Assembly: GCA_963717935.1 (NCBI GenBank)
Contig: CAVQXP010000004.1
Span: 1,152,001 to 1,216,000, forward strand
Direction: 5' to 3'
Length of the DNA: 64,000 bases
Origin: Candidatus Eiseniibacteriota bacterium
Lineage (GTDB): Bacteria; Eisenbacteria; RBG-16-71-46
Position 1 is the stretch's first letter. Every line of letters starts with the position of its first letter. The notes below the pieces were generated by a model. That model saw only the letters and a program-made list of their open reading frames with translations, was not told where the DNA came from and ran no database searches. Positions 43,748 through 52,374 of the stretch are shown here, piece by piece. The translations under genes were made by a program, and so were the position numbers.

Positions 43748-44566
43748 TCAGTCCAGTCCCAGCTCCTCGAGGTCGCCCTCGTCGAGGCCGAGCAGGTGCC
43801 CCACCTCGTGCAGCACGGTGGTGCGCACCTCGCGTGCCAGCTCCTCGCGATTCGTGCAGAACCGCAACAGATTGCGGCGGAAGAGGTAGATCGCCTCGGG
43901 CACGGCAGGCAGGTCGAGATGGCTGCGCTCGAGCAGGCTGCGTCCGACGAAGAGTCCGAGCAGATCGGGCGGCAGGGGCGGGTCCTCGGCCGTGAGGATC
44001 TCGCGCCGCGGCAGCTCGTCCACCAGGACCGGCACCTCGTCGAGCTTCCGGCGGAAGGCCTCGGGCAGCTCCTTCAGACCTTCCGCCACCAGCGCGTGAA
44101 ACTCCTGGTCGGGGATCTCGAGCGGCGGGGTGAAGGCCACCGGGTCGATGGCCCGGGCCTCGGCCGCATGCTTCAGCGCGTGCTGCGGCTGGCCGAGGTA
44201 CTCGTAGATGCGGGCCAGCAGCTCGTGTGCCTCGGCCAGGTCGGGGGTCACGGTCACGGCGCTCAGGGCGTCGTCGCGCGCCTGCTCGAAGCGCACCAGT
44301 TCGAAGCGGGCGACGGCGCGCAGGTAGAAGAACAACGCGGGGTCGGCCGAACGCTCGGCGCCCTCCAGAGTCGCGAGCGCTTGTTCGGGCTCGCCCTCGT
44401 CGAGACAGACGGCGGCCTCCACGATGCGCACGTCGGGATGGCCGGGGCGCGCGCGCAGGAGCGCGTCCACGGCTGCGCGGGCCTGCTCGACCTCGCCCTG
44501 GTCGAGCAGATCCCAGGCCTGGTTGACCTGCTCCCATTCGGTCTCGGACAGCGTGGCGTAGCTCAT
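43748..44566 (-). CDS. TPR plus zincin-like metallopeptidase family protein
   Basis: N-terminal TPR helices; LLGLF-G...I-LFR-N...TVLHEVGH-LGLDE. Confidence 0.8.
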   Translation of the reverse strand: MSYATLSETEWEQVNQAWDLLDQGEVEQARAAVDALLRARPGHPDVRIVEAAVCLDEGEPEQALATLEGAERSADPALFFYLRAVARFELVRFEQARDDALSAVTVTPDLAEAHELLARIYEYLGQPQHALKHAAEARAIDPVAFTPPLEIPDQEFHALVAEGLKELPEAFRRKLDEVPVLVDELPRREILTAEDPPLPPDLLGLFVGRSLLERSHLDLPAVPEAIYLFRRNLLRFCTNREELAREVRTTVLHEVGHLLGLDEGDLEELGLD

Positions 44567-44804
44567 CGCAAGGGGCCTCCGTGCGCGCAATCTAGCGCGC
44601 CCGGGCCGTATACGCTACCCGCGTCGATCGGCGGTCCCCTGGGTGGCCGGGTGGCCGGCGCCGGCGCTGGCGCACCATTCGTGCGGGCCGCGCCGCGCCC
44701 GCGCCCGGCCGTCCGGCTCGCCGCTCGCGTGCCCGCACGTCAACAGGATGTCAATCGGGCTCGCCGCGGTGGCGCATGGCGGCAGCACGACGCGGGCCAC
44801 ATCC

Positions 44805-44834
44805 TTGACGCCTGCGCGCGGCGGACCGTAGACT
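44805..44834 (+). promoter_or_regulatory. sigma70-type promoter for the selenoprotein gene
   Basis: TTGACG-N18-TAGACT. Confidence 0.45.
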
Positions 44835-44906
44835 CAACATGAGTGATGTCTTCCGCTACGCCGCTGCAATGAATCCCACTTTGCCCGCGCCAGGAGACCC
44901 CGTCGC

Positions 44907-46324
44907 ATGAAGACCCTGCTGCCCCGGATTCTCGCCACCGCGCTGCTCGCGGCCATCACCTGGATGCTGCTGGCCGGCGCCAGCGCGCCCCGGGGGAATC
45001 CCCTCGAACCGGACAAGCTCGTCATCCTGTCCACGAACGACGTGAAGGGCAAGACCGATCCCTGTGGCTGACACACCCCCAAGGGGGGCTCGCCCGGCGG
45101 GCGGGCTTTGCGGACAGCATCAAGGCGGGCTATGGCCAGGTCGTGTGGGTGGACGCGGGCGGTTTCTTCCCCGAGGACGACCTGCACAAGGACGTCTCCT
45201 GGTTCCTGATGGACGCCATGCAGGTGATGGGCCTCGACGCGGTGGGGATGAGCGAGAAGGAACTGCGCTTCGGGCTGAGCTACCTGAAGGCGCAGCAGAA
45301 GCGCACGCAGCTGCCGATGGTGTGCGCCAACCTCTACGAGAAGAAGACCTCGAAGCTGCTGCTGGCGCCCTATGTGCTGAAGCAGGTGGGCACGGTCAAG
45401 GTGGGCATCTTCGGGGTCATGAGCAACGTCGTGGACCTGGGCCCGGCGCGGGACTCGCTGCGGGTCGAGGAGCCCTCGGCCGCGGCCAAGCGCACGGTCG
45501 CGGAGCTGCGCAAGAAGGGCGCGACGGTGGTGGTGCTGCTCTCGCAACTGGGCAAGGTCGAAGGCGAGGATCTGGTGACGGCGGTGGACGGCATCGACGC
45601 GGTGATCCTGGGCCACAGCGTGCCGCTGTTGCAGAAGGGGCGCCTGATCAAGACCACGGTGGCCTGCTACGGCGGGGAGCAGGGCCAGTACATCGGGCGC
45701 ACGCTGCTGACGCTCGATCCCCAGCGGAAGGTGACGAGCGGGGAGAACGAGACCTTCATTCTGGGGCCCGATATCGCGGACAAGAAGGAGATGGCTGCGC
45801 TGGTGAAGGGCTTCAACGACAGCTTCAACGAGAAGCTGCAGAAGCTGCAGAAGGAGAGGGCCGCGAAGGACGCCGAGAGGGCGGCGCAGGGCGTGCCCGA
45901 GCACTACCTGGGAGGCGAGATCTGCGCGCGCTGTCACGCAGCCGAGACGGCGCAGTGGAAGACCACGAAACACGCGCAAGCCTGGGAGACGCTGGTGGCG
46001 GCGAAGCAGGATACCGTCGCCCGCTGCATCGGCTGCCACGTGGTGGGCTTCCAGCAGCCCGGCGGGTTCAAGGACCAGGCGAGCAGCCGCAACCTGGCGG
46101 GCGTGCAGTGCGAGAGCTGCCACGGCATGGGCTCCATGCACGAGGCCTTCAACACCAAGCCGCGCGGGGTCACCGAGCGGGCCTGTCGTGTCTGCCACAC
46201 GAAGGAGATGAGCCCCGGGTTCGACTACGCCCTGTACCAGCCCCACATCAACCACAAGGGCACGGGGACGAAGCAACCGCTGCCCGGCTCGCCCATGAGG
46301 AACCTGTGGCCGACAGGCAAGTAG
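44907..46324 (+). CDS. Exported UshA-like (CxU) selenoprotein fused to a four-heme cytochrome c; in-frame TGA at 45069 and one G missing in the run at 45083-45088
   Basis: AGGAG RBS, signal peptide, LVILSTNDVKG-TDPCG-TGA-HTPKGGLARR, continuing into VDAG...; heme motifs CARCH, CIGCH, CESCH, CRVCH. Confidence 0.8.
45088..45106 (+). promoter_or_regulatory. Candidate bacterial SECIS hairpin
   Basis: gctcgccc-ggc-gggcgggc; G-first apical loop about 24 nt after the TGA. Confidence 0.55.
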
Positions 46325-46340
46325 CGCCGGATCGGATGAA

Positions 46341-46381
46341 CGTCGCGGAGCGGGCCCTGCGGGCCCGCTCCGCGACGCTTT
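46341..46381 (+). terminator. Intrinsic terminator (17-bp perfect stem)
   Basis: cgtcgcggagcgggccc-tgc-gggcccgctccgcgacg-cttt. Confidence 0.7.
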
Positions 46382-46623
46382 CGGCCCCGCCGCATGGGCC
46401 GGAAGCCCCCGGAACGCAGAACGCAGGTTCGCCGCCGTGCCCTGATGGCCTTGCTTCGGGACTCCGGGGCAAGAGGCTCGACACCGTCCCGCGGACGGGC
46501 TCATCCGCCTGTGGGTGAGTGCCGGAGGTGCCTGGAGTCGTTGACCTGCCCTCGAGTGGATGCTCCAAGGCATTCAGTATCAATGAGTTGAATCCGTGGA
46601 GCTGGGTCTGCCGGGGAAGATGG

Positions 46624-46652
46624 TTGACAAGCCCGTAGCCCCGCCCTAGGTT
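46624..46652 (+). promoter_or_regulatory. sigma70-type promoter for the small lipoprotein gene
   Basis: TTGACA-N17-TAGGTT. Confidence 0.65.
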
Positions 46653-46869
46653 CTCGGAGAATTCTGTCAGGCGCTCATGCCCCGACATGGAAGTGTTTCG
46701 CGCCTTCCGGACTGATGACACGCGACTTACGCGCAGGGACGCCGCGGATTTCGTCCCGTTCTTTCGACGTGGCAGTTCTTGAAGAAAGCGTTCTTGAGGA
46801 AATGATGGGCCGCTGCCGGACTTCTCATGTTCCGGCGCGGCGAGACCGAGAGGAGGTGAATTGGAAAGG

Positions 46870-47043
46870 ATGCGGAAGAATCTCGCTCTGGCGATGGTCG
46901 CCCTCTTGGCGCTGACCCTCGCGCTCGCCGCGGTCGGTTGTGCTCAGCAGAAGGCCGAGGAAATGACCCCGGCTCCGGTGGCTGACACTACCAGCATGAT
47001 GCAGGACACGACGATGGCGCCCGACACGATGGTCCAGCAGTAA
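46870..47043 (+). CDS. Small Met/Thr/Asp-rich lipoprotein
   Basis: AGGAGGT RBS; MRKNLALAMVALLALTLALAAVG-C lipobox; mature CAQQKAEEMTPAPVADTTSMMQDTTMAPDTMVQQ. Confidence 0.75.
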   Translation: MRKNLALAMVALLALTLALAAVGCAQQKAEEMTPAPVADTTSMMQDTTMAPDTMVQQ

Positions 47044-47070
47044 CTGTAATCGTCATCTTGGTTGTCCAGT

Positions 47071-47102
47071 AGGAGGGGGGGATAGCAGTATCCTCCCCTC
47101 CT
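47071..47102 (+). terminator. Stem-loop after the small lipoprotein gene
   Basis: aggagggggggata-gcag-tatcctcccctcct. Confidence 0.6.
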
Positions 47103-47226
47103 TAGTAGTCTCCGGGGGGAATCCGCATCCTGGGCCCTTTTCCTCACCCGGTCCGCATCCCGGCTGGACGCCTGGTCCCCGGTGTCCGCCAGCTGGTTCG
47201 CGAGCCCCCCGGCCTGGCATCCGCGC

Positions 47227-47253
47227 CGCAACCCGGCCGCGGCCCGCTGCGTA
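47227..47253 (+). promoter_or_regulatory. ECF-type promoter CGCAAC-N17-CGTA for the second DUF4097 operon
   Basis: CGCAACccggccgcggcccgctgCGTA upstream of the AGGAGG RBS. Confidence 0.6.
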
Positions 47254-47281
47254 GACGTGAGCAGACTAGGAGGGTCCGTCC

Positions 47282-48358
47282 GTGAAAGCCCATCGCCTGC
47301 TGCTCGCCGTCGCTGCCCTGGCGCTCCTGCCAGGCTCCCTGTTGGCCGAGGCCCCCACCCTGCGCGAGCAGAGCCAGCAGGTGGTCGAGGCGCGGGGCCT
47401 CACCGGCCTCCGGGTCGAGAACCCCCGTGGCCTGGTCCAGATCATCCCCAGCCGGGACGGGCGCATCCACCTGACCGCGCTCAAGCTCACGGCCAGCCGG
47501 ATGTCCTCGCGGGCCCGGGAATTCGCCCGCGGGACCCGGGTCGAGACCTCGACCGAGTCGGGCCGCTACGTGGTACGCGTTCGCTACCCGCAGCGGCAGA
47601 TGCTCAACGCCAGCCTCTCGCAGATCTTCCGGGGCGAGTTCGACCTGCCCCGCGTCGAGGTGCGGCTGTCCCTCGAGGTGCCGCCGCACCTGTCCGTCGA
47701 GCTCGAGACCGCCAGCGGCGATCTCCAGACCACCGGCCTCGCCGGGCCGCAGTCGCTCCAGACCACCAGCGGCGACATCGAGGTACGCGCCGCCACGGCG
47801 TTCCTCTCGGTCACGACCACGAGCGGGAACGTCATGGCCTCCGGGCTGGGGCGGGCGCGGGTGCGCAGCGTGAGCGGCGATGTCACGCTGGACGCCGCGC
47901 GTGGCCCGCTCGAGATCCGCACGACCAGCGGGGACATCAACTTGAGCGGCGTCACCGACAGCCTGGTCCTGTCCAGCGTGAGCGGGGACATCCAGGTGGA
48001 CCGGGCACCGCGCGGCCTGGACGCCGGCACCACCAGCGGTGGCATCGTCGTGGGCGGCATGGCCGGCGGCCTCGTGCGCCTGCACTCCACCTCGGGCGAC
48101 GTGCGCCTGGGGCTCGACCGTAACCTGCGCCGGGCCGACGTGAGCACGACCTCGGGCAGCATCACGGCGCGGCTGGCCGACGGGCTCGGCTGCAATCTCA
48201 CGCTCAAGAGCACGAACGGCACGCTCGATAGCTCCGTGCCCATGCAGATCCGCACCGTCTCTCGCCATGAGATGTCGGGTGTGGTGTCTGGCGGCGGTCC
48301 CCCCGTGGTCCTGCACAGCCTGTCGGGCGACATCGCCGTGACCGGCAGAGGGAGATGA
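47282..48358 (+). CDS. Secreted DUF4097 (beta-strand repeat) protein
   Basis: Signal peptide; repeated TTSGD-I/SVSGD units. Confidence 0.8.
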   Translation: MKAHRLLLAVAALALLPGSLLAEAPTLREQSQQVVEARGLTGLRVENPRGLVQIIPSRDGRIHLTALKLTASRMSSRAREFARGTRVETSTESGRYVVRVRYPQRQMLNASLSQIFRGEFDLPRVEVRLSLEVPPHLSVELETASGDLQTTGLAGPQSLQTTSGDIEVRAATAFLSVTTTSGNVMASGLGRARVRSVSGDVTLDAARGPLEIRTTSGDINLSGVTDSLVLSSVSGDIQVDRAPRGLDAGTTSGGIVVGGMAGGLVRLHSTSGDVRLGLDRNLRRADVSTTSGSITARLADGLGCNLTLKSTNGTLDSSVPMQIRTVSRHEMSGVVSGGGPPVVLHSLSGDIAVTGRGR

Positions 48359-49749
48359 CCATGCGAAGACTCGGAGTGTTGATCCTGGCTCTGGTCCTGG
48401 CCGTTCCCGTGCTCGGCCTGATCGTCCTCCTGCGCGGCGGGCCGGTCACGATGGCGAAGGCCGCGGTGGCCCTGCTCGAAGCGACGGGCCCCCGTCGGGC
48501 GGTGGCCCAGGTGACGACCCTGCCCTTCAAGTCCCTGCCGCCCGAGAGCGTCTCGGCGCTCGACCGCGAGCGCTCGTCGCGGCGGCGGACCCGCGTGAGC
48601 GTGGAGGTCGCGGAGCCCATCGTGGCGCCCGAGGTCCCGGAGCCACCGGCAGCGCCTGAGCGCGTGACGCGCATCGGCGACATGACGCGCGTGGGCAACG
48701 ACATCCACATCGAGCGCGACGAGGTCGTGCGCGGCGACGTCACCGCCATCAGAGGCGACATCACGGTGGACGGCACGGTGCATGGCGGGGTCGTGTCCTT
48801 CGGCGGCGACGTCTACCTGAACTCCACCGCCCGCGTGGACGGCGACGTCGTTTGCATCGGTGGCGAGTTGCGCGAGGAATCCGGGGCCTACGTGAGCGGG
48901 GAACGCGTGACCGCTCTTGGTGGGGGGAGCGGCGAGCGCATCGCGCGGCGCCTGCGCATCAGCCAGCCGGGCCACGGGCGCAACTGGGGCTGGGGCGGCC
49001 TGAAGCTCTTCGGTGAGCTCCTGCGGTTGCTGATCGCCATCGGCCTCACCGTGCTCGTCGCCTGGCTGTTCCAGGGCCGCATCGCGGTCGGGGCGGAGAC
49101 CCTGAAGCGCCAGCCGGCCCTGTCGCTGGGTGTCGGAGCGCTGGTCCACGCGCTGTTCATCCCCTCGATCGTCGCGCTGGCCCTGGTCATGGCCCTGCTG
49201 TGCATCACCATCGTGGGGATTCCGCTCGCGCTCGCGGCGCTGGTTGGCTACCTTCTGTTCTTCGTGGTCTTCTGGGTCTTCGGTCTCGTGGTCGGGGCCG
49301 CGGTCGTCGGCGAACGGATCGCCGCCAAACGGGGCGTCGCCGCGATGCCGTTGTGGCAGTCGGCCATGCTCGGCGTGCTCGTGGTGGTGGGTGCGGGCTT
49401 CGTGGGCAATGTCCTCGCGGTCATGGGCGTGCCCGGCTTCGGTGGCCTCGGCAGGCTGGTCGTCGCTCTCGCCGCGATCGCGAGCGTCGTCCTGGGCGTG
49501 ATGGGTGGAGGCGCATGGCTCAAGTGGGAATTCACCGAAGGCGTGTTCGGACGGTGGCGGGGGCGCTGGGAGGGCCGCAACGCCGCGCGCGTTCCGCCCG
49601 CTCCCTACGGTCCGCCGCCGGCATCGCCGTACGGTCCTCCTGCGGCTGCGGCTCCGCCCATGCCGCCGCCCGTGGCTCCTGCTTCCCCCGGGACCTACAT
49701 GCCTCCCGGCCCGGAACCGCCGCCGTCCGAGCCCACGCCGGGCGCCTGA
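48355..49749 (+). CDS. Membrane protein with a bactofilin-like (polymer-forming) beta-helix domain, several TMs and a Pro-rich tail
   Basis: GDVTAIRGDITVDG-V-GGVV-FGGDV...V-GDVV-IGG repeats, then TMs with TIVGIPLA. Confidence 0.7.
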   Translation: MTMRRLGVLILALVLAVPVLGLIVLLRGGPVTMAKAAVALLEATGPRRAVAQVTTLPFKSLPPESVSALDRERSSRRRTRVSVEVAEPIVAPEVPEPPAAPERVTRIGDMTRVGNDIHIERDEVVRGDVTAIRGDITVDGTVHGGVVSFGGDVYLNSTARVDGDVVCIGGELREESGAYVSGERVTALGGGSGERIARRLRISQPGHGRNWGWGGLKLFGELLRLLIAIGLTVLVAWLFQGRIAVGAETLKRQPALSLGVGALVHALFIPSIVALALVMALLCITIVGIPLALAALVGYLLFFVVFWVFGLVVGAAVVGERIAAKRGVAAMPLWQSAMLGVLVVVGAGFVGNVLAVMGVPGFGGLGRLVVALAAIASVVLGVMGGGAWLKWEFTEGVFGRWRGRWEGRNAARVPPAPYGPPPASPYGPPAAAAPPMPPPVAPASPGTYMPPGPEPPPSEPTPGA

Positions 49750-49765
49750 GCCAGGTCCAGCACGC

Positions 49766-49805
49766 GCGCGTCACCCGGGGGGCCAGCTCCTCCCGGGTGA
49801 CGCGC
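49766..49805 (+). terminator. GC-rich stem-loop
   Basis: gcgcgtcacccggg...cccgggtgacgcgc. Confidence 0.45.
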
Positions 49806-49825
49806 CGTCATGAGGAGGCTGCGCT

Positions 49826-50353
49826 CTGAGTCCCGCGTCGCTCTGGGTTCTCTGCCTGCTGCTCTTCGTGGACGGGGCCACCTTCTCCTTCGCCACGACG
49901 CCGCTGCTGCTGCAGTACGCGAAGTACCACGAGCCCTGGCTGGTGGCGCTGGCCGGGGGCGTGTCGAGCGGGCTCGGGAGCGCCGTCCAGTTCCTGCTCC
50001 TGCGCTGGGCGCTCGGCGCGCGTCAACCGTGGATGAAGCGCTTCGCTCCCAGCCGCGAGCGGCTCGAGGGCGCGCTCCGGCGCTTCCCGTCGGCTTCCTT
50101 CGCGACCATCGCCCTGGCCCGCGCCACGCCGCTGCCCGACGCGCCCATCAAGCTGGTGGCGGCCGCGGTGGGCTACCCGGTGCCGTTGTACTTCCTGGCG
50201 GTCCTGCTGGGCGCGCTGCCGTACTACTTCGCCATCGCGCTCCTGGGGCGCCTGGTGAAGATCCCCACCTGGATGCTGATCGCGGCCGTCGCGGTGATCG
50301 CGTTCTTCGTGGCCCTGGATCACCTGCGCCGGCGCGTGCGCGGGAACCCGTGA
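49826..50353 (+). CDS. DedA/VTT-domain membrane protein (probable CTG start)
   Basis: GGAGG 7 nt before CTG; G...GS-F...R-TPLP...AA...F-A-LLG-LP pattern. Confidence 0.65.
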   Translation: MSPASLWVLCLLLFVDGATFSFATTPLLLQYAKYHEPWLVALAGGVSSGLGSAVQFLLLRWALGARQPWMKRFAPSRERLEGALRRFPSASFATIALARATPLPDAPIKLVAAAVGYPVPLYFLAVLLGALPYYFAIALLGRLVKIPTWMLIAAVAVIAFFVALDHLRRRVRGNP

Positions 50354-52374
50354 AGCGCGTCCGCCGCCCGGCCCGGTCGCCGCGCCGTCCCGTCGCCGCG
50401 GGCGCGGTCGCCGCGGCGGTCGGCGTGGATACCGGCGGCACGTTCACCGACTTCGTCGCCCTGAGCGGCGGGCGGCTGGTCGCGCTCAAGCTGCCCTCGA
50501 CCCCGCGCGCCCCGGAGCGGGCCGTGCTCGAGGGGCTCGCGTGCCTGGGCACGGTCGCCACCACCCGGGTGCGCCACGGCTCGACCGTGGCGACCAACAC
50601 GCTGCTCGAGCGCAAGGGCGCGCGGGTCGCGCTCGCCACCACGGCGGGCTTCGAGGACCTGCTCGAGATCGGCCGCCAGGACCGTCCCGACCTCTACGCG
50701 CTGCGTCCCCGGCGGGTCGAGCCGCTGGTGCCCGCCGCGCGGCGGGTCGGCGTGCGCGAGCGGCTCGGGCCCGGCGGCGCGGTGCTGCGCCCGCTGGCGC
50801 CGGCCGAGGCGAAGCGCGCCGCCCGCGCGCTCGCGCGCGCGCGGCCCGAGGCGGTGGCCGTGGGCTTCCTGCACGCCTACGCCGACCCGCGCCACGAGCG
50901 CCGGCTCGAGCGCGCGCTGGCGCCGCTCGGGCTCCCGGTGACGCTCTCCTCGTCGCTCTGCCCCGAGGTGCGGGAGTACGAGCGGCTCGCCACCGCGGTC
51001 ACGAACGCCTACCTCATGCCGCGCATCGCGGCCTACCTCGGCGGCCTGGCGCGCGGCACGCCGGCCCGTCTCGAGATCGTGCTCTCGCACGGCGGCACCG
51101 CGCCGCCCGCCATCGCCGCGCGCGAGCCCGTGCGCCAGCTGCTCTCGGGCCCGGCCGCCGGGCTGGCCGCCGCCTGGCAGGTGGCGCGTGCCTGCGGCTT
51201 CGAGCGGGCGCTCACGCTGGACGTGGGCGGCACCTCGACCGACTGCGCCTACGTCGCGGGCGTCCTGCCGCGCCGGCGTGCCCGCGAGCTGGCCGGCTTC
51301 CCCTTGTCGTTGCCCGTGCTCGACGTGCACACCGTGGGCGCGGGCGGCGGCTCCATCGCGCGGGTGGACGCGGGCGGGCTGCTCCACGTCGGGCCCGAGA
51401 GCGCCGGCGCCGACCCGGGCCCGGCCTGCTACGGGCACGGCGGGCCCGCCACCGTCACCGATGCGCTGGTCGTGCTCGGGCGCATCCCGGGCGAGCGGCT
51501 CGCGGGCAGCGGCCTGGCCCTCGACCGGGCCGCGGCGGCTCGCTCGCTCGCGGGGCTCGCGCGCGCGCTGGGCCGGCGCGACGCGGTCGAGGCGGCCGAG
51601 GGCGTGCTGGCCGTGGCGGACGCGCGCATGGAGGCGGCGCTGCGCCGGGTCTCGGTGGAACAGGCGCACGACCCGCGGGGCGCGGCGCTGGTCGCCTTCG
51701 GTGGCGCAGGTGGGCTTCACGCCTGTGCGCTGGCCGAGGCGCTGGGCGCGGCTGCCGTGCTCTTCCCGGTGCACGCGGGCGTGCTCTCGGCGCTCGGTGC
51801 CCTGGCCGGCGGCTCGCGCCGGGAACGCAGCCGCTCGGTGCTGGCGGACGCCCGCGAGGCGCCGGCGCTGGAGCGTGCCTGGCGCGCGCTCGAGCGCGGG
51901 GTGCGCTCCGACTTCGCGTCCGCCGAGCGGCGCGGGCTGGCGCTCGAGCGCTGGGCCGAGGTGCGCTACCAGGGCCAGTCGCACGAGGTGCCGCTGGCCG
52001 GCGGGCCGGATCTGGTCGAGCGCTTCCACCGCGAGCACGAGCGGCGCTACGGCTTCAGCGATCCGGCGCGCGCGGTCGAGGTGGTGACGCTGGAGGTGCG
52101 CGGGGCGACGCCCGACGCCTGGGGTCTCGTCGCGCGGCTGCGCGCCGGCGCGGCGCAGGTGGCGGCGCCGCGGCCCGAGTCGGCGCGGGTGCGCACGAAC
52201 GGGCGCTGGCTCGAGGCGCGGGTCTGGCCGCGGCCGGCGCTTCCCCGCGACGCGATCGTGCGCGGCCCCGCCGTCGTCGCCGACGCGGGCGCGACGCTGT
52301 GGGTGGCGCCGGGCTGGAGCGCCCGCGCGCACGCGGGCGGCACGGTGGTGCTCACGCGCGGGGGCGCGCGATGA
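50350..52374 (+). CDS. Hydantoinase/oxoprolinase subunit A
   Basis: GVDTGGTFTD, HGSTVATN, EYER, LSGPAAG, DVGGTSTD, GAGGGS, GPESAGADPGPACY. Confidence 0.92.
   Translation: MKRVRRPARSPRRPVAAGAVAAAVGVDTGGTFTDFVALSGGRLVALKLPSTPRAPERAVLEGLACLGTVATTRVRHGSTVATNTLLERKGARVALATTAGFEDLLEIGRQDRPDLYALRPRRVEPLVPAARRVGVRERLGPGGAVLRPLAPAEAKRAARALARARPEAVAVGFLHAYADPRHERRLERALAPLGLPVTLSSSLCPEVREYERLATAVTNAYLMPRIAAYLGGLARGTPARLEIVLSHGGTAPPAIAAREPVRQLLSGPAAGLAAAWQVARACGFERALTLDVGGTSTDCAYVAGVLPRRRARELAGFPLSLPVLDVHTVGAGGGSIARVDAGGLLHVGPESAGADPGPACYGHGGPATVTDALVVLGRIPGERLAGSGLALDRAAAARSLAGLARALGRRDAVEAAEGVLAVADARMEAALRRVSVEQAHDPRGAALVAFGGAGGLHACALAEALGAAAVLFPVHAGVLSALGALAGGSRRERSRSVLADAREAPALERAWRALERGVRSDFASAERRGLALERWAEVRYQGQSHEVPLAGGPDLVERFHREHERRYGFSDPARAVEVVTLEVRGATPDAWGLVARLRAGAAQVAAPRPESARVRTNGRWLEARVWPRPALPRDAIVRGPAVVADAGATLWVAPGWSARAHAGGTVVLTRGGAR

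Noticed and set aside
45083..45088. Programmed ribosomal frameshift in the selenoprotein gene
   Set aside because: A 1-nt shortfall in a G homopolymer, in an assembly with several other indels, is more simply a consensus error; it cannot be excluded without reads.
49810..50349. N-terminal extension of the oxoprolinase A ORF from ATG 49810
   Set aside because: This stretch encodes the DedA-like protein in another frame; oxoprolinase homology begins after GTG 50350.
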